Positions 23,430 through 34,345 of a DNA stretch of 50,115 bases are shown here, in pieces. The notes beneath the pieces were generated by a model, which saw only the letters and a program-made list of their open reading frames with translations, had not been told where the DNA came from and searched no databases. A program made the position numbers and the translations under genes. Source of the DNA: Batkoa obscura (Eukaryota); assembly GCA_030770535.1 (NCBI GenBank), contig JASVEC010000113.1, forward strand, positions 1 through 50,115, written 5' to 3'. The stretch's first letter is position 1. Each line of letters starts with the position of its first letter.

Positions 23430-25161
23430 ATGAACAATTTCATATTGTTATCATTGATAGCACAAGCTATAGTACCAATAGCTTCTATGTACAATAAAAA
23501 TTCCCCAGTCATTCAGTTGACTGCAGATAATTTTCATAACAAGGTGGTACAAGCAAAGGTAAATACTAATAATCATTTTTCATGTAAAATAGTAACAACT
23601 TTTATCAGCAAGTTACTTTGGTTGAGTTTTATGCTCCTTGGTGTGGACATTGTAAAAAGTAAGCCTGACTTTAATTATGAAAAAAGTCATTCAGTAAAGT
23701 TATTATATAGTTTAAAGCCAATTTATGAATCAGTAGCTTCAAAAGTAAAAGATTTAGCTCAAGTTGCAGCTATTGATTGTGATGAAGAGAAAAACAAGCC
23801 TATTTGCGCGCAGTATGGTATCCAAGGTAATTTATATCCACCTTATTACCTTACAGTATTTATTATATTTTGCCAGGTTTCCCCACAATTAAATTGTTCC
23901 CAAGTTCAGTAAAATCAAAAGGAAAGAAAAAGGTCCCTAGTGGTAATGTTAACGATTTAAATAGTTGTTTTAGTTTATTAATTTTAACCAGATTACAATG
24001 GCGCAAGAACAAAGAAAGAGATGATGGATTTTGTCAAGAATGCTATCCCTAATTTAGTAAAAAGGGTCACTACTGGGCCTTTAAAATCAAAAATGAATAT
24101 TAAGTTGGAAGATTTCTTAGCACTTGAGGTAATTTTAGGTATATTATTGAAGGAAAAATTTTAATTTTAAAATAGAATAAAAATAATGACTTTACACCAA
24201 AAGCTTTATTATTTACTGAAAAAAGTAGCACTACCTCGCTTTATAAAGCTATTGCAGTAGAATTTTCAGATCGGATGGAATTTTCAGAAGTCAGAAAAAC
24301 TGAGAAGGGATTATTAGAAAAATACAATGTAAGTAAATTTCCTACTTTGGTTGTTATCCCTTCAAAGGATTTAAGTGAGGAGTACGATATTAATAAGCTA
24401 ATTGTATTTGATGGTAAGTTTGTTTGGAATCCTTAATATTAAAATATTTACTTCATTTTTAGGAGAATTGAATGCAAAGAATCTCAAGCAATTTGTTGAA
24501 AAACACAGTCTTCCATCAAAAGAGAAATCCGAAAAGCCTAAGAAAAAGCCAAAGCCTGAAAAGAAACAACAGAAAGAGAAAAAGGGAAAGAAGGAAGAAG
24601 AAGAAGAAGAAGAGGGAGAAGTTAAACCAAGAGTAGAGCCATGTAATAATAATTAACAATAATACTTAAATAAAAATAATTAATTTGTTTATAGTCGATC
24701 CAAGCGTTACTGAATTAATTGAACAGGAAGAATTTGAAAAGGAATGTATTAATAAAGAAGGTATATGTGTTTTGAATTTTATCAAAAAGGAGAATGTAGA
24801 AGAGTTGACCCAACAGTTGAAACAGATCAAAAAGAATTTATATGATTTAAAATTGAACAACAGCTTACCATCCAATACTCCAAAGTTAAATATGTATTAT
24901 AGTATACCAATGAAGCATACTTTTTTGTTTAAACAGTTTGACATTTCGAACCAAGATAACCCTACCGTTATTTTAATTCACCCTAAACGTAAGTTATATG
25001 CCATTAAAAGTTTAGAGAACCTAGAGGGATATCAAACTCAAGTGGAAGAATACTTAACTCAAGCTTTGAATGGAAAAATCAAACTTTATTCCTATACTTT
25101 TAACCCTAAACTTAAGAAAGTTAAAAAGGGGAAAAAGAATCAAGATAAAGACGAACTTTAA
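23430..25161 (+). CDS. Protein disulfide isomerase, MPD1/PDIA6-like, multi-exon
   Basis: Signal peptide; spliced VEFYAPWCGHCK.LKP, VAAIDCDEEKNKPICAQYGIQGFPTIK, DYNGART; further thioredoxin-like domains; C-terminal KDEL. Confidence 0.9.
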
Positions 25162-25221
25162 AAATAAAAATATTAATTCAAACATTACTATTGCTGTTAT
25201 TATACAATTTAAATTATTTTA

Positions 25222-26361
25222 TTATTTATCTTTGATATTAATGTTATCTATTATTAACTTAAGATAATTATATAAGGAAGACTTGGGATATTGATTTATA
25301 AATAATTTTGACTCATCGTTAACATTCTGGTTTGAATAACTTTGTTCAAATAAAGTAGTAATTTGAGGGTCAATGGGTATTCTTCCTGTTAAGCAGATAA
25401 CATTATAGTTTAATATATAATACTATAGGTTTAATTACCTAAAAATGGAATAGCGTATTCTTCAGCCAATTGTTTACCACCATTTGAAGAAAACAAGTTG
25501 CTACATTCCTATTAAATTTAACATTTCGATTATAACTTTTAATCAAAATTATTACCGCACAATGGGGGCATACAAAACCACTCATGTTTTCTATTATACC
25601 AAGGATTGGAATATTTGTTTTTCTACAAAAGTTTAACTCTTTTTTAACATCTATTAATGAAACTTTCTGTAAACAAAAACGTATTAGTAAAATTATTAAT
25701 GAATATCCATAAAGCATTTTGCCTGAGGGGTAGTAACTAAAACAGCACCATCTGGCTCATATTCTTTTAAAAACTCTACTAAAGCTAAATGTTCATCTGA
25801 AGTACCTTTAATAGAATTAAGTTAGTTTAAAAAAAATGCAGTATACAAATAAATTACCTGGAGGAGTATCAATGATCAAATAATCTATTTCGCCCCAATA
25901 AACATCATTCAAAAATTGTTTAATCATTGCTAAAAAATAGGAAGTTGAATATCAGATAAAACAATTTGAAATTTTCTTACCGTTCTTTTTAGGTCCTCGC
26001 CAAACTACTGAGCTTGTCTTATTTGGCAATAGAAACCCAATACTCATGCAACTCAAATTTCCAGTTTCATCTACTGGTATTGGAAGCCATCTGAATTATA
26101 GTTAATTTCTTTTCCAGATTTTATACTTTGCTTTGATTCCTACCCATTGCTTGATTGTACTACTGTTTTATCCTCAATGCCTAATAGCCTTGGAATAGAT
26201 GGTCCACACAAATCGACATCTAATATCGCTACTTTCTTGTTTTGTTTTGATAATGCTACACCAAGCTGACATGTTACACTCGATTTTCCTACACCTCCCT
26301 TACCTGATAGAACCAATACTATGTGCTTCACGTTTTTTAAGTTGTTTTTTGGTGTACTCAT
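25222..26361 (-). CDS. CFD1: Cytosolic Fe-S cluster assembly P-loop NTPase CFD1/NUBP2, multi-exon
   Basis: [65 protein letters not shown]. It lacks the N-terminal four-Cys ferredoxin segment of NBP35. Stop at 25222-25224; one GC-AG intron. Confidence 0.9.
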
Positions 26362-26553
26362 TTTTAGCTCGTTCTAAATTAAAATAGATTTCTAATGTAA
26401 AAATTAAATTTAATAAGTTTGATTTTTGATTATTAATCTTTTTTGCAGAATAAAGCTAAGTGATAATTTTAAAAAACTCAAAAACAAAAATTAAATTCAA
26501 AACTGTAAAAGATAAATCGTATCAAAGAAACTAAAATTTTATTTACATCAACT

Positions 26554-27267
26554 TCAACTCAATCTCTTAGCATGATTATTTAAAAACTTTCTAACTCTTT
26601 TTTTAGAACGAGAAACTAAGCTTCTTTTCCCTTCAAAGTGCTCACTTTTGTATTTCTTAAGTTCTTCCTGAAGCTGTACAAACTCCCTTTGGATGGTCAT
26701 AACATCAATATCTAATCTTTCTTTTTTTACTTTCCTATTGGTTACTTGAAGATCTTTATTTAAGATAGTCCAATCACTAATAGTCTCCAGCTGCTCAAGT
26801 CTGTAATCGAATTTAAGTTCGGTAGCAATTGGACCAGTATGTTGACCACGGATAGTGTTTACAATTTTCTTAATGAAAACTCTCCTTTTATTGGGACTGA
26901 AATGAGCATTTTTATACTTCTCAAGTTCTTCTCTAAGTTGGAAAAACTCTCTTTGAATGGTCATAGTATCAATATCTAATCTCTCTTTCTTTACTTTTTT
27001 GTTAGCTGCAATAAGGTCTTCATTCAACGAATTCCAATCATTGATATTCTTTACTTGTTTAAGTCTATAATCAAATTTGAGCTCAGTAGCGATTGCACCA
27101 GTGTTTTGACTTTGAATTTCATTAAAAGCGCTTTGCTTTAGGATAGGAGTAGTATGTTCAATAGTCCTCAAATTATGCTTTAATAACTTATTGGAATTGG
27201 AGGGTAAGAAAGTAGCGAAGATAGTGGTAATCGTTAAAGTGTAAATAGTTATAATAGAAAACTTCAT
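26554..27267 (-). CDS. Secreted protein with two ~88-aa internal repeats, unknown function
   Basis: MKFSIITIYTLTITTIFA signal-like start (ATG 27267); duplicated TG.IATELKFDYRL...KVKKERLDID.MTIQREF.QL.EEL.KYK..HF unit, each followed by KR. Confidence 0.8.
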   Translation of the reverse strand: MKFSIITIYTLTITTIFATFLPSNSNKLLKHNLRTIEHTTPILKQSAFNEIQSQNTGAIATELKFDYRLKQVKNINDWNSLNEDLIAANKKVKKERLDIDTMTIQREFFQLREELEKYKNAHFSPNKRRVFIKKIVNTIRGQHTGPIATELKFDYRLEQLETISDWTILNKDLQVTNRKVKKERLDIDVMTIQREFVQLQEELKKYKSEHFEGKRSLVSRSKKRVRKFLNNHAKRLS

Positions 27268-27747
27268 TTTAGTGCGTTTTTTTAAAAATGACAAATTAAC
27301 TCAATAGTTTTTAACTAATATATATACTTTCAATACTGTCATCAAGGCATTATTATATAAAATTTGTCCGCGTTTTTACTTTTTTTCCAAAATTTGTCCT
27401 TAATATTTATAATGGAATCATTATTTAATTTGAAAACATTAGGAACATAAGAACATTGGTACTATTCATATCTACTTAGTACTTATTCCAACTAAATTAT
27501 CAGAAATCATAATTATAGAGCAAAATGAATGTGAGTATTATTTATTTAAGTATATCTTTTATTTATAATGTAATTAAGAATTTATCCAAATTTCAAGAAT
27601 GAAAGTATCAAAAAATTCGAACTTTGAATTAAACCTTGATACAATTAACAGATCCTAAAACTTAAATCAAGTTTACGGTGTATCATCTCGAACTCCTCCA
27701 AGCCCTCCCCCCACATAACCTTGATCCTACTGCTCTCATCAGTATAC

Positions 27748-28745
27748 GAGGATGCTCAAATTCATTTTGTCTAATTTTAAAAATTTTATTAAAACTTTGC
27801 TTAAAACTATGTAAAAATAGATTCGTTATAAAAGCAAAAGCAAAAGCAAAAGCAACTCTAACATAGTTTGAAATTTATTATGATTTGTATCAAAATTAAT
27901 AGAAATTCTAGGATTAGTAAGACTTTTACTAATATAACCTATATATTAATATTAATCAAAGTTGTACTATGTAAATAAGTACATATTACCATAAAATCTT
28001 ATTGAAAAATGTCTACTATTGACTAGTTTATAACCAGCATTCCAGATTTACTATCAAATAAATAATTTCAATGTTATAATTACATTGCTGATATATCACC
28101 AAGTTAACAAATAACTGCATGGGGGGAGTGATTAGTCCCAAAGTTGCAGCTAAACATTCCTATATAATATAAGCTGGGGTTGATTTTTTAATTTTTCTGT
28201 TTTTTATAGACTTTGTAACTTTAATTGGAATCGTATCTCTTTTTTTTGATCTATCAGATACTGAATAATAATTTAGTTTATTATTGTGTTTAGTAAAATG
28301 TAAATACTTTTCAATATCTTGTACTTTTATTATTAACAATCAAATTATTGATTTTTTATGTTTGCTTATATATTGATTTTTATAAACTTTTTAAATAGAA
28401 GCTTTTTGGATACTAAATTAATCAAATAGTCTCCTGAATATGGTGAATTATAATTTAGCATTTTAAACAAATGATTAGAATAAACTTTACATATTGTTTT
28501 ATTTTTATCTTATTTTTTATTTTTACTTTTTTTTAATTGTATACTGGGCACATGTATTATATAAATCTGTTTTTTTTCTGCTGGATTTTTAAAACTATCA
28601 AATAAATTTATATGATAATTTTGATTTGGTCATGTTTATTATATATAATAATATATTATAGTATTAGTATTTTTCATCATTAATTGTTTTTAAATAGTCA
28701 TGTTGATTCCTACTTGCGTTAAATTTAAAACTTTTATATCTGTTA
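27748..28745 (-). mobile_element. Deleted, decayed derivative of the 9851-12367 transposon (3' part)
   Basis: Colinear similarity to segments of 10030-11780 (e.g. GGGG.GAGT.ATTAG.CCCAAA, TCAGATAC, TGCTGGATTTTT); degenerate terminus near 27748; ends at a MITE cluster. Confidence 0.75.
27773..28503. repeat. Left arm of a 731-bp near-perfect inverted repeat
   Basis: Reverse complement of 32077-32807; one mismatch seen by eye; both arms include an (AAAGCA)4 microsatellite. Confidence 0.93.
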
Positions 28746-28752
28746 AGGATAT

Positions 28753-29060
28753 GAGGGTGTTTTTCTGGCTTTATTTTTCTATTTTCTAAGCATCATTTAA
28801 GCGAAAAAATTCTTAAACAAAAAAATACATCCACATATGGGGATGTATTTTTGTATTTAAGAATTTTACTGACAATTTTTCCACATAAATAGCGCTTAAA
28901 AAATGGAAAAATAATGAAACTAAAAAAAACAGCCCCATATACTAAATCTATAGTTAATAATGGCGATGTATTTTTGTGCTTAAGAATTTTGCTAACAAGT
29001 TTTTCACTTAAATAGTGCTTAAAAAATGGAAAAAATAGTGAAGTCAAAAAAAACACTCTC
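28753..29060. mobile_element. Cluster of three family A MITEs (28753-28834, 28839-28936, 28962-29060)
   Basis: The first two are in opposite orientation and share the ATAT at 28835-28838; the third lies 25 bp further on. Confidence 0.88.
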
Positions 29061-29588
29061 ATATAATGAAAGTCAACTTATAAGAAATGCTAATTTATTT
29101 ATTTATAGCACTAAATACAGATTGGAAACAACTTATCTAATTTATTAAAGACAACATATATATGCTTGAAGTTTTATTTGTTTTTGAAAAAATGTGTATT
29201 TGTAAACTTATGATCATTATTATATTACGCTTGAAGTATTATATATACAAGACAAATTTATTAAAAAGCAGGATAATTAAAGTAGATAGGACAACTATTC
29301 TATAAATACATATTTAAATATATACATGCTTTCAAATATCTATAAGCCTTCATGGTATTTTTCCAATAGCCAATATTAAGGCTACAGCGAAATTAAGTTA
29401 ATCATGTGAGTAGTTTAGCGTTCATCTTAATTAAATTACTACTTCAGTTTAAGATTTTTAATCCAGATCAAGCAAATAAAATTATTAAACATTTTTTCAA
29501 CTTTATAAAATAACTTCTTATAAAATAGTTCGACTAAAATAGGGTCTTTTAGAACATCATAATTTAGTAACCCCTAGTAAGAATTAAA

Positions 29589-30575
29589 TCATTTCTTTAT
29601 TATTATTGATCTTAGAGATAATAACAAATTGACAAGCCTTGCATAAACTTTGTTGTGAAGCAACAAGAGAAAGATGGGGTTCGCTAAACTAAAAGAACAA
29701 AGTGATGCAAAGACAGCTACTGAATAATAGTGGCTCAATATGAAATTTTTATTAATGTGTACCATTACAGCATGATAAATCATTATAAAAATAGCAGGGC
29801 AGATGCAAATGATATAACATGCAACGAAAGCAATTCCTTTGGCAATTACTCTTGTTGGAGTTTTAATTTTCTCGTGTTCAATTCTATTTTTAAAACAGTT
29901 GATATGTGTCAGAGAGTTACTACTGTTAGAGTCACTATCCTTATCAGGCATATCTTTTAGACTGATTATTGGGTTAGATTTCAACACCTTCCTATCCCTT
30001 AATACTAATATTATTCCAGAATAACCAAAAGAAATTACAATAGTGTTTAATATGAGGCTAAACATCATGATATAGTAATATGACTTACTAATAGGTCCAC
30101 TATTAGGTAAAGGCATACACATCATCCTAGATTCAGTAAAGGCAAATTCGTTATAACAAGCAGTAAGTACTGCAAATATGACTGATATTACCATAATAGT
30201 CATACCAGTAGACCATAAGATCCATTTATGTATATCATATCGTTTAATAGTAAAATAACGCTCTAATGCTAATAAAGCTATGCCACAGCTACTACATATA
30301 GGAACTAATGTATGAAATATTCCAAGAATTTGGCATGGATGCGTATCAAGCATGATATTACGATTGTTTGAAACGGATATAGTTTCTTGAACTATTCCTA
30401 CAATAGGAGTAATTATATCACATAAAATGGTCAAAATCATAAAGTTTAAGCCCAGTAACAGCGATTTGTTTTTTCTTACTAAGATTACTAATACCCCCAC
30501 TAAAAGATTAATTGATAATGCAATCACTCCCAGAGTGTCTCCAACAATTTCGATTATCAAAGTTCTATGTGCCAT
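29589..30575 (-). CDS. Seven-transmembrane receptor, rhodopsin/class-A GPCR-like, intronless
   Basis: Seven hydrophobic segments; TM1 Asn (INLL), TM2 Asp (LCD), TM3 Cys (PCQ) and ALERY (D/ERY), ECL2 Cys (MCMP), TM6 C.CP, TM7 ANP. Confidence 0.85.
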   Translation of the reverse strand: MAHRTLIIEIVGDTLGVIALSINLLVGVLVILVRKNKSLLLGLNFMILTILCDIITPIVGIVQETISVSNNRNIMLDTHPCQILGIFHTLVPICSSCGIALLALERYFTIKRYDIHKWILWSTGMTIMVISVIFAVLTACYNEFAFTESRMMCMPLPNSGPISKSYYYIMMFSLILNTIVISFGYSGIILVLRDRKVLKSNPIISLKDMPDKDSDSNSSNSLTHINCFKNRIEHEKIKTPTRVIAKGIAFVACYIICICPAIFIMIYHAVMVHINKNFILSHYYSVAVFASLCSFSLANPIFLLLLHNKVYARLVNLLLSLRSIIIKK

Positions 30576-31070
30576 TGTTTAAATAAAAAAGATAATAAAT
30601 TTAATCTATTTTGTTTTTATTGCGATGTTCTTAACTTATAATATTCGAGTAACTTTATTTATAAAATACTAATACAATCAATAAATATGATTTAACAATT
30701 CATACCGCTATTTACTGTTTAATAGGAACAACATGATTGTGTATAGTTATTTTAATATTGCAATACAGCAACTTTAAATAAATACTCTATATTTTATTTA
30801 ACGGTTCACGAGCTATCTGTTTGAATACCAAAGTATTTTATGTATTTAAAATTTAGATACTTAGTTCTATTTGATTAGCCTAAGCTAATTGTTATATACT
30901 ATAATACAACAAAATAATTCCATTATACCTACCTAACATAATAAATACCAATTATTATTATAAATGGTGATAAAATAGTAATTAATAAATTAATTGGAAT
31001 TATTTTCTCGAGATGGTTCTATAGTTTTTATTATTGATTTAATGACAGTAGCTAAAATATTTTTTTAAAT

Positions 31071-31164
31071 GGGGGTGTATTTTTTGTTCAAGAATTTCAC
31101 TAACAATTATTCCATTCAAATAGCATTTAAGAAACGAAAAAGTAGTGAAACTAAAAACACTTCC
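31071..31164. mobile_element. MITE family A upstream of the GPCR gene
   Basis: GGGGGTGTAT...CACTTCC with consensus core. Confidence 0.8.
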
Positions 31165-31313
31165 AATATTTTTAAATTTATTCTTTAAAGGGCTAAATCA
31201 TCAATGAAATGCTTCTGAAATAAAAGAAAGCAAGTTTAAGCGGCTCCTTCCTCTGGAAGGACCAAATAGGGAAAACTAAGGTAATTTGATCCCTTATATC
31301 CCTAGGGACATAT

Positions 31314-32836
31314 GGGGATGTTTGAATCAGTTTTAGAATTTACTTAAATCAATCTAAATTTTAAGCTTTTAGATTTACAAGTCTTGAATACATAATTAGT
31401 TGAATTTAAAAAGCTTAAAATTAAATAAAAAATTTAAATTTAATATAAGTAGAAATTAATATAATTATTAAAAATAATTAAAAATAATAAAATGTTAATA
31501 TTATAGCCTATTATTATATAATGTTTACTTAATAAATTAATTACGAAATATCCCTTTGTCAGCTTCGTGATTGATTATAGCATGATAATCACTTAAATTG
31601 TGTTCTCGAGTTCAGGCACAATTAAACCCAAGCTCTTATCTTCTCGTTTTGATATCTATACTTATCAGAATATAAAAGAGATTTTAGAACATAGTAACTC
31701 AAGGCTTTTTAACTGAATTATTCTCTGATATCTCGTACATTTAATAAAGCCACTGAGTTTTCTTAATAGTACCTTACGTAAATTTTACATTAGTATTATC
31801 TACTCTACTTATCTTACATAGTCAGTAGCCTATTACGCGTTATTCTTTATAATTCAAGTCTGTCCTAGTCATATAAATTAAGATCTTTCAACTTACAGCT
31901 AGTCAACCAAGCAATAACTGCTTTTGACTCCAATCGCTGAGTATTAGATTTCATACAACTATTTTATTAAGATTTAATAATGAAGACAAAATCAGATTTA
32001 ATGAATTTAAATCATTATAATAAACAAGTTATATCAATATTAAAGTTTAAGCTTTATATTTAAAAAACAACAAAATAATAAAACAATATGTAAAGTTTAT
32101 TCTAATCATTTGTTTAAAATGCTAAATTATAATTCACCATATTCAGGAGACTATTTGATTAATTTAGTATCCAAAAAGCTTCTATTTAAAAAGTTTATAA
32201 AAATCAATATATAAGCAAACATAAAAAATCAATAATTTGATTGTTAATAATAAAAGTACAAGATATTGAAAAGTATTTACATTTTACTAAACACAATAAT
32301 AAACTAAATTATTATTCAGTATCTGATAGATCAAAAAAAAGAGATACGATTCCAATTAAAGTTACAAAGTCTATAAAAAACAGAAAAATTAAAAAATCAA
32401 CCCCAGCTTATATTATATAGGAATGTTTAGCTGCAACTTTGGGACTAATCACTCCCCCCATGCAGTTATTTGTTAACTTGGTGATATATCAGCAATGTAA
32501 TTATAACATTGAAATTATTTATTTGATAGTAAATCTGGAATGCTGGTTATAAACTAGTCAATAGTAGACATTTTTCAATAAGATTTTATGGTAATATGTA
32601 CTTATTTACATAGTACAACTTTGATTAATATTAATATATAGGTTATATTAGTAAAAGTCTTACTAATCCTAGAATTTCTATTAATTTTGATACAAATCAT
32701 AATAAATTTCAAACTATGTTAGAGTTGCTTTTGCTTTTGCTTTTGCTTTTATAACGAATCTATTTTTACATAGTTTTAAGCAAAGTTTTAATAAGATTTT
32801 TAAAATTGAATAATAAAAGCCAATCTGAACTTCACC
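31314..32836 (+). mobile_element. Internally deleted derivative of the DDD transposon with both ends and ATAT TSD, carrying a foreign insert
   Basis: GGGGATGTTTGAATCAGTTTTAGAATTTACTTA resembles the 5' end of the 9851-12367 element; degenerate 3' TIR ends at 32836; ATAT at 31310-31313 and 32837-32840; transposase-derived sequence from ~31985. Confidence 0.75.
32077..32807. repeat. Right arm of the 731-bp inverted repeat
   Basis: Reverse complement of 27773-28503. Confidence 0.93.
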
Positions 32837-32840
32837 ATAT

Positions 32841-32939
32841 GGGGATGTATTTTTGTGTTTAAGAATTTTACTAACAAATTTTCCGCTTAAATAGCGCTTA
32901 AAAAATGGAAAAAATAATGAAGTTAAAAAAAACACTCCC
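32841..32939. mobile_element. MITE family A, near consensus, inserted at the TSD of the 31314-32836 element
   Basis: ATAT-GGGGATGTATTTTTGTG...AACACTCCC-ATAT. Confidence 0.92.
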
Positions 32940-34345
32940 ATATGCTTGTTTTTAGGTCAGTTTTTTCTTTTAAAATAAGGGTGATATGTTAAAAATGTTG
33001 TAAATATCTTTTCATAAAATGGATTTACGTTTTGATAGTACAACGAATCAATCAAGGAATTTGGGTATTATTACTACATCTGATATAAAGCAACACAACC
33101 AACCTTGTAAACAACAACAATACATTGATTGTATCTATTATTGAAATCTTATTAAATCATTTAAAGTTAAGTTTGAGAAAAATAATAACATAAAATCATT
33201 TTAAGGCATTTTATAGCACATGATCGTTATTTCAGATTACCTTAAGAACAACATGTCAACTTTTTTCCGCTCAAGTTTCCCAAATGTATTAAAATTTGTG
33301 GTTAAATTAAAGGAGTGAAGAATTCAAATACATAAAACCATAGCTAAGCTATATGTTAGTTAAAGAATATTATCTATTCTGGGTATAAAACAATATCGAA
33401 ATTAATTTGGTAAAACCTATTGCTGATATAACCTCCTTTTCAAATTCAACGATTGTTTTACTCCGAGTACAATCACTTAAAATAAAGAATATTCTTATGA
33501 TATTTTTCTCGAACAAAAATGTATTAGCTATAAGTTTCTATCCAATTATAGATACTTTACATTTATAAACATTATAGCCTTAAGTTTATATTTGAGTTAA
33601 CATTAAATAGATTCTATAATATAATACCAAAGTTAATAGAGAAGTCATAAAGATTTCTTAGCTTCAATACTTTTATAATTCCTTATTTAAATAACTTGAA
33701 TAAACCTTAAAAAACTAAGGTAAAAGTCATCTATAGGGCATTTTTTTTCTGCTTTTATTCTTGTTATAAAAGGTATGCTCATCAATAGAAAGCATTTAAA
33801 ACAAATCTACTTTATTAGTTAATAAACTTCGAAATATTGAAGTCTCATTTTTTGAATGAAATATTATAAAGTACCATGCTTGGTTTTAAACTATCTAATC
33901 ACTCATATAAAATTGTACATTTTATATTAATTATAACTTCAATAATTACAAATATTATGATAATGCTATATACTAGTTAAATTGCGTTATTTTTTACTTT
34001 ATTTTCAATTTATGCCTATTTTTTAGTATTTCTATTTTCCTATGCTGATTTTATGTGCTTTGTCATTTCAAAATTATTTAGGAAATTAAGCTTAACTTCG
34101 ATCAAATAAAGGAATTGGAATTTTAAATAAAGAAAACAATATGATTTGGCTATTAGAATAATAGTTGATCATGTTGATTTAAGTGAGATAACTTAAATAG
34201 AATATTTGATAATGTGATTAGAAATATGATTTTCAATATAAATTACAATATTCAACGTTTTAAACTGAAAGTATATAAATAAACAAAATTTATCATAACC
34301 GAAAGTTACTCTTTGAAATTACAATTGATTTAATTCAGAGTTAAT

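Noticed and set aside
27690..27747. Minus-strand CTGATGAG followed by a G-rich tract: possible hammerhead ribozyme or LTR polypurine tract
   Set aside because: No GAAA core or stems I/III could be built, and no LTR or pol remnants lie next to it.
28753..29060. Clustered repeats resembling a CRISPR array
   Set aside because: Eukaryotic context; the units are ~98-bp TIR elements in mixed orientation with TSDs and no regular spacers or cas genes.
29589..30575. GPCR as a light-sensing opsin
   Set aside because: TM7 (VAVFASLCSFSLANP) has no Schiff-base lysine.
18925..32941. Recurring small ORFs such as MGVFFLTSLFFPFFKRYLSGK (18925, 28793, 32714, also 12452)
   Set aside because: They are chance read-throughs of the ~98-bp MITE, not a peptide family.
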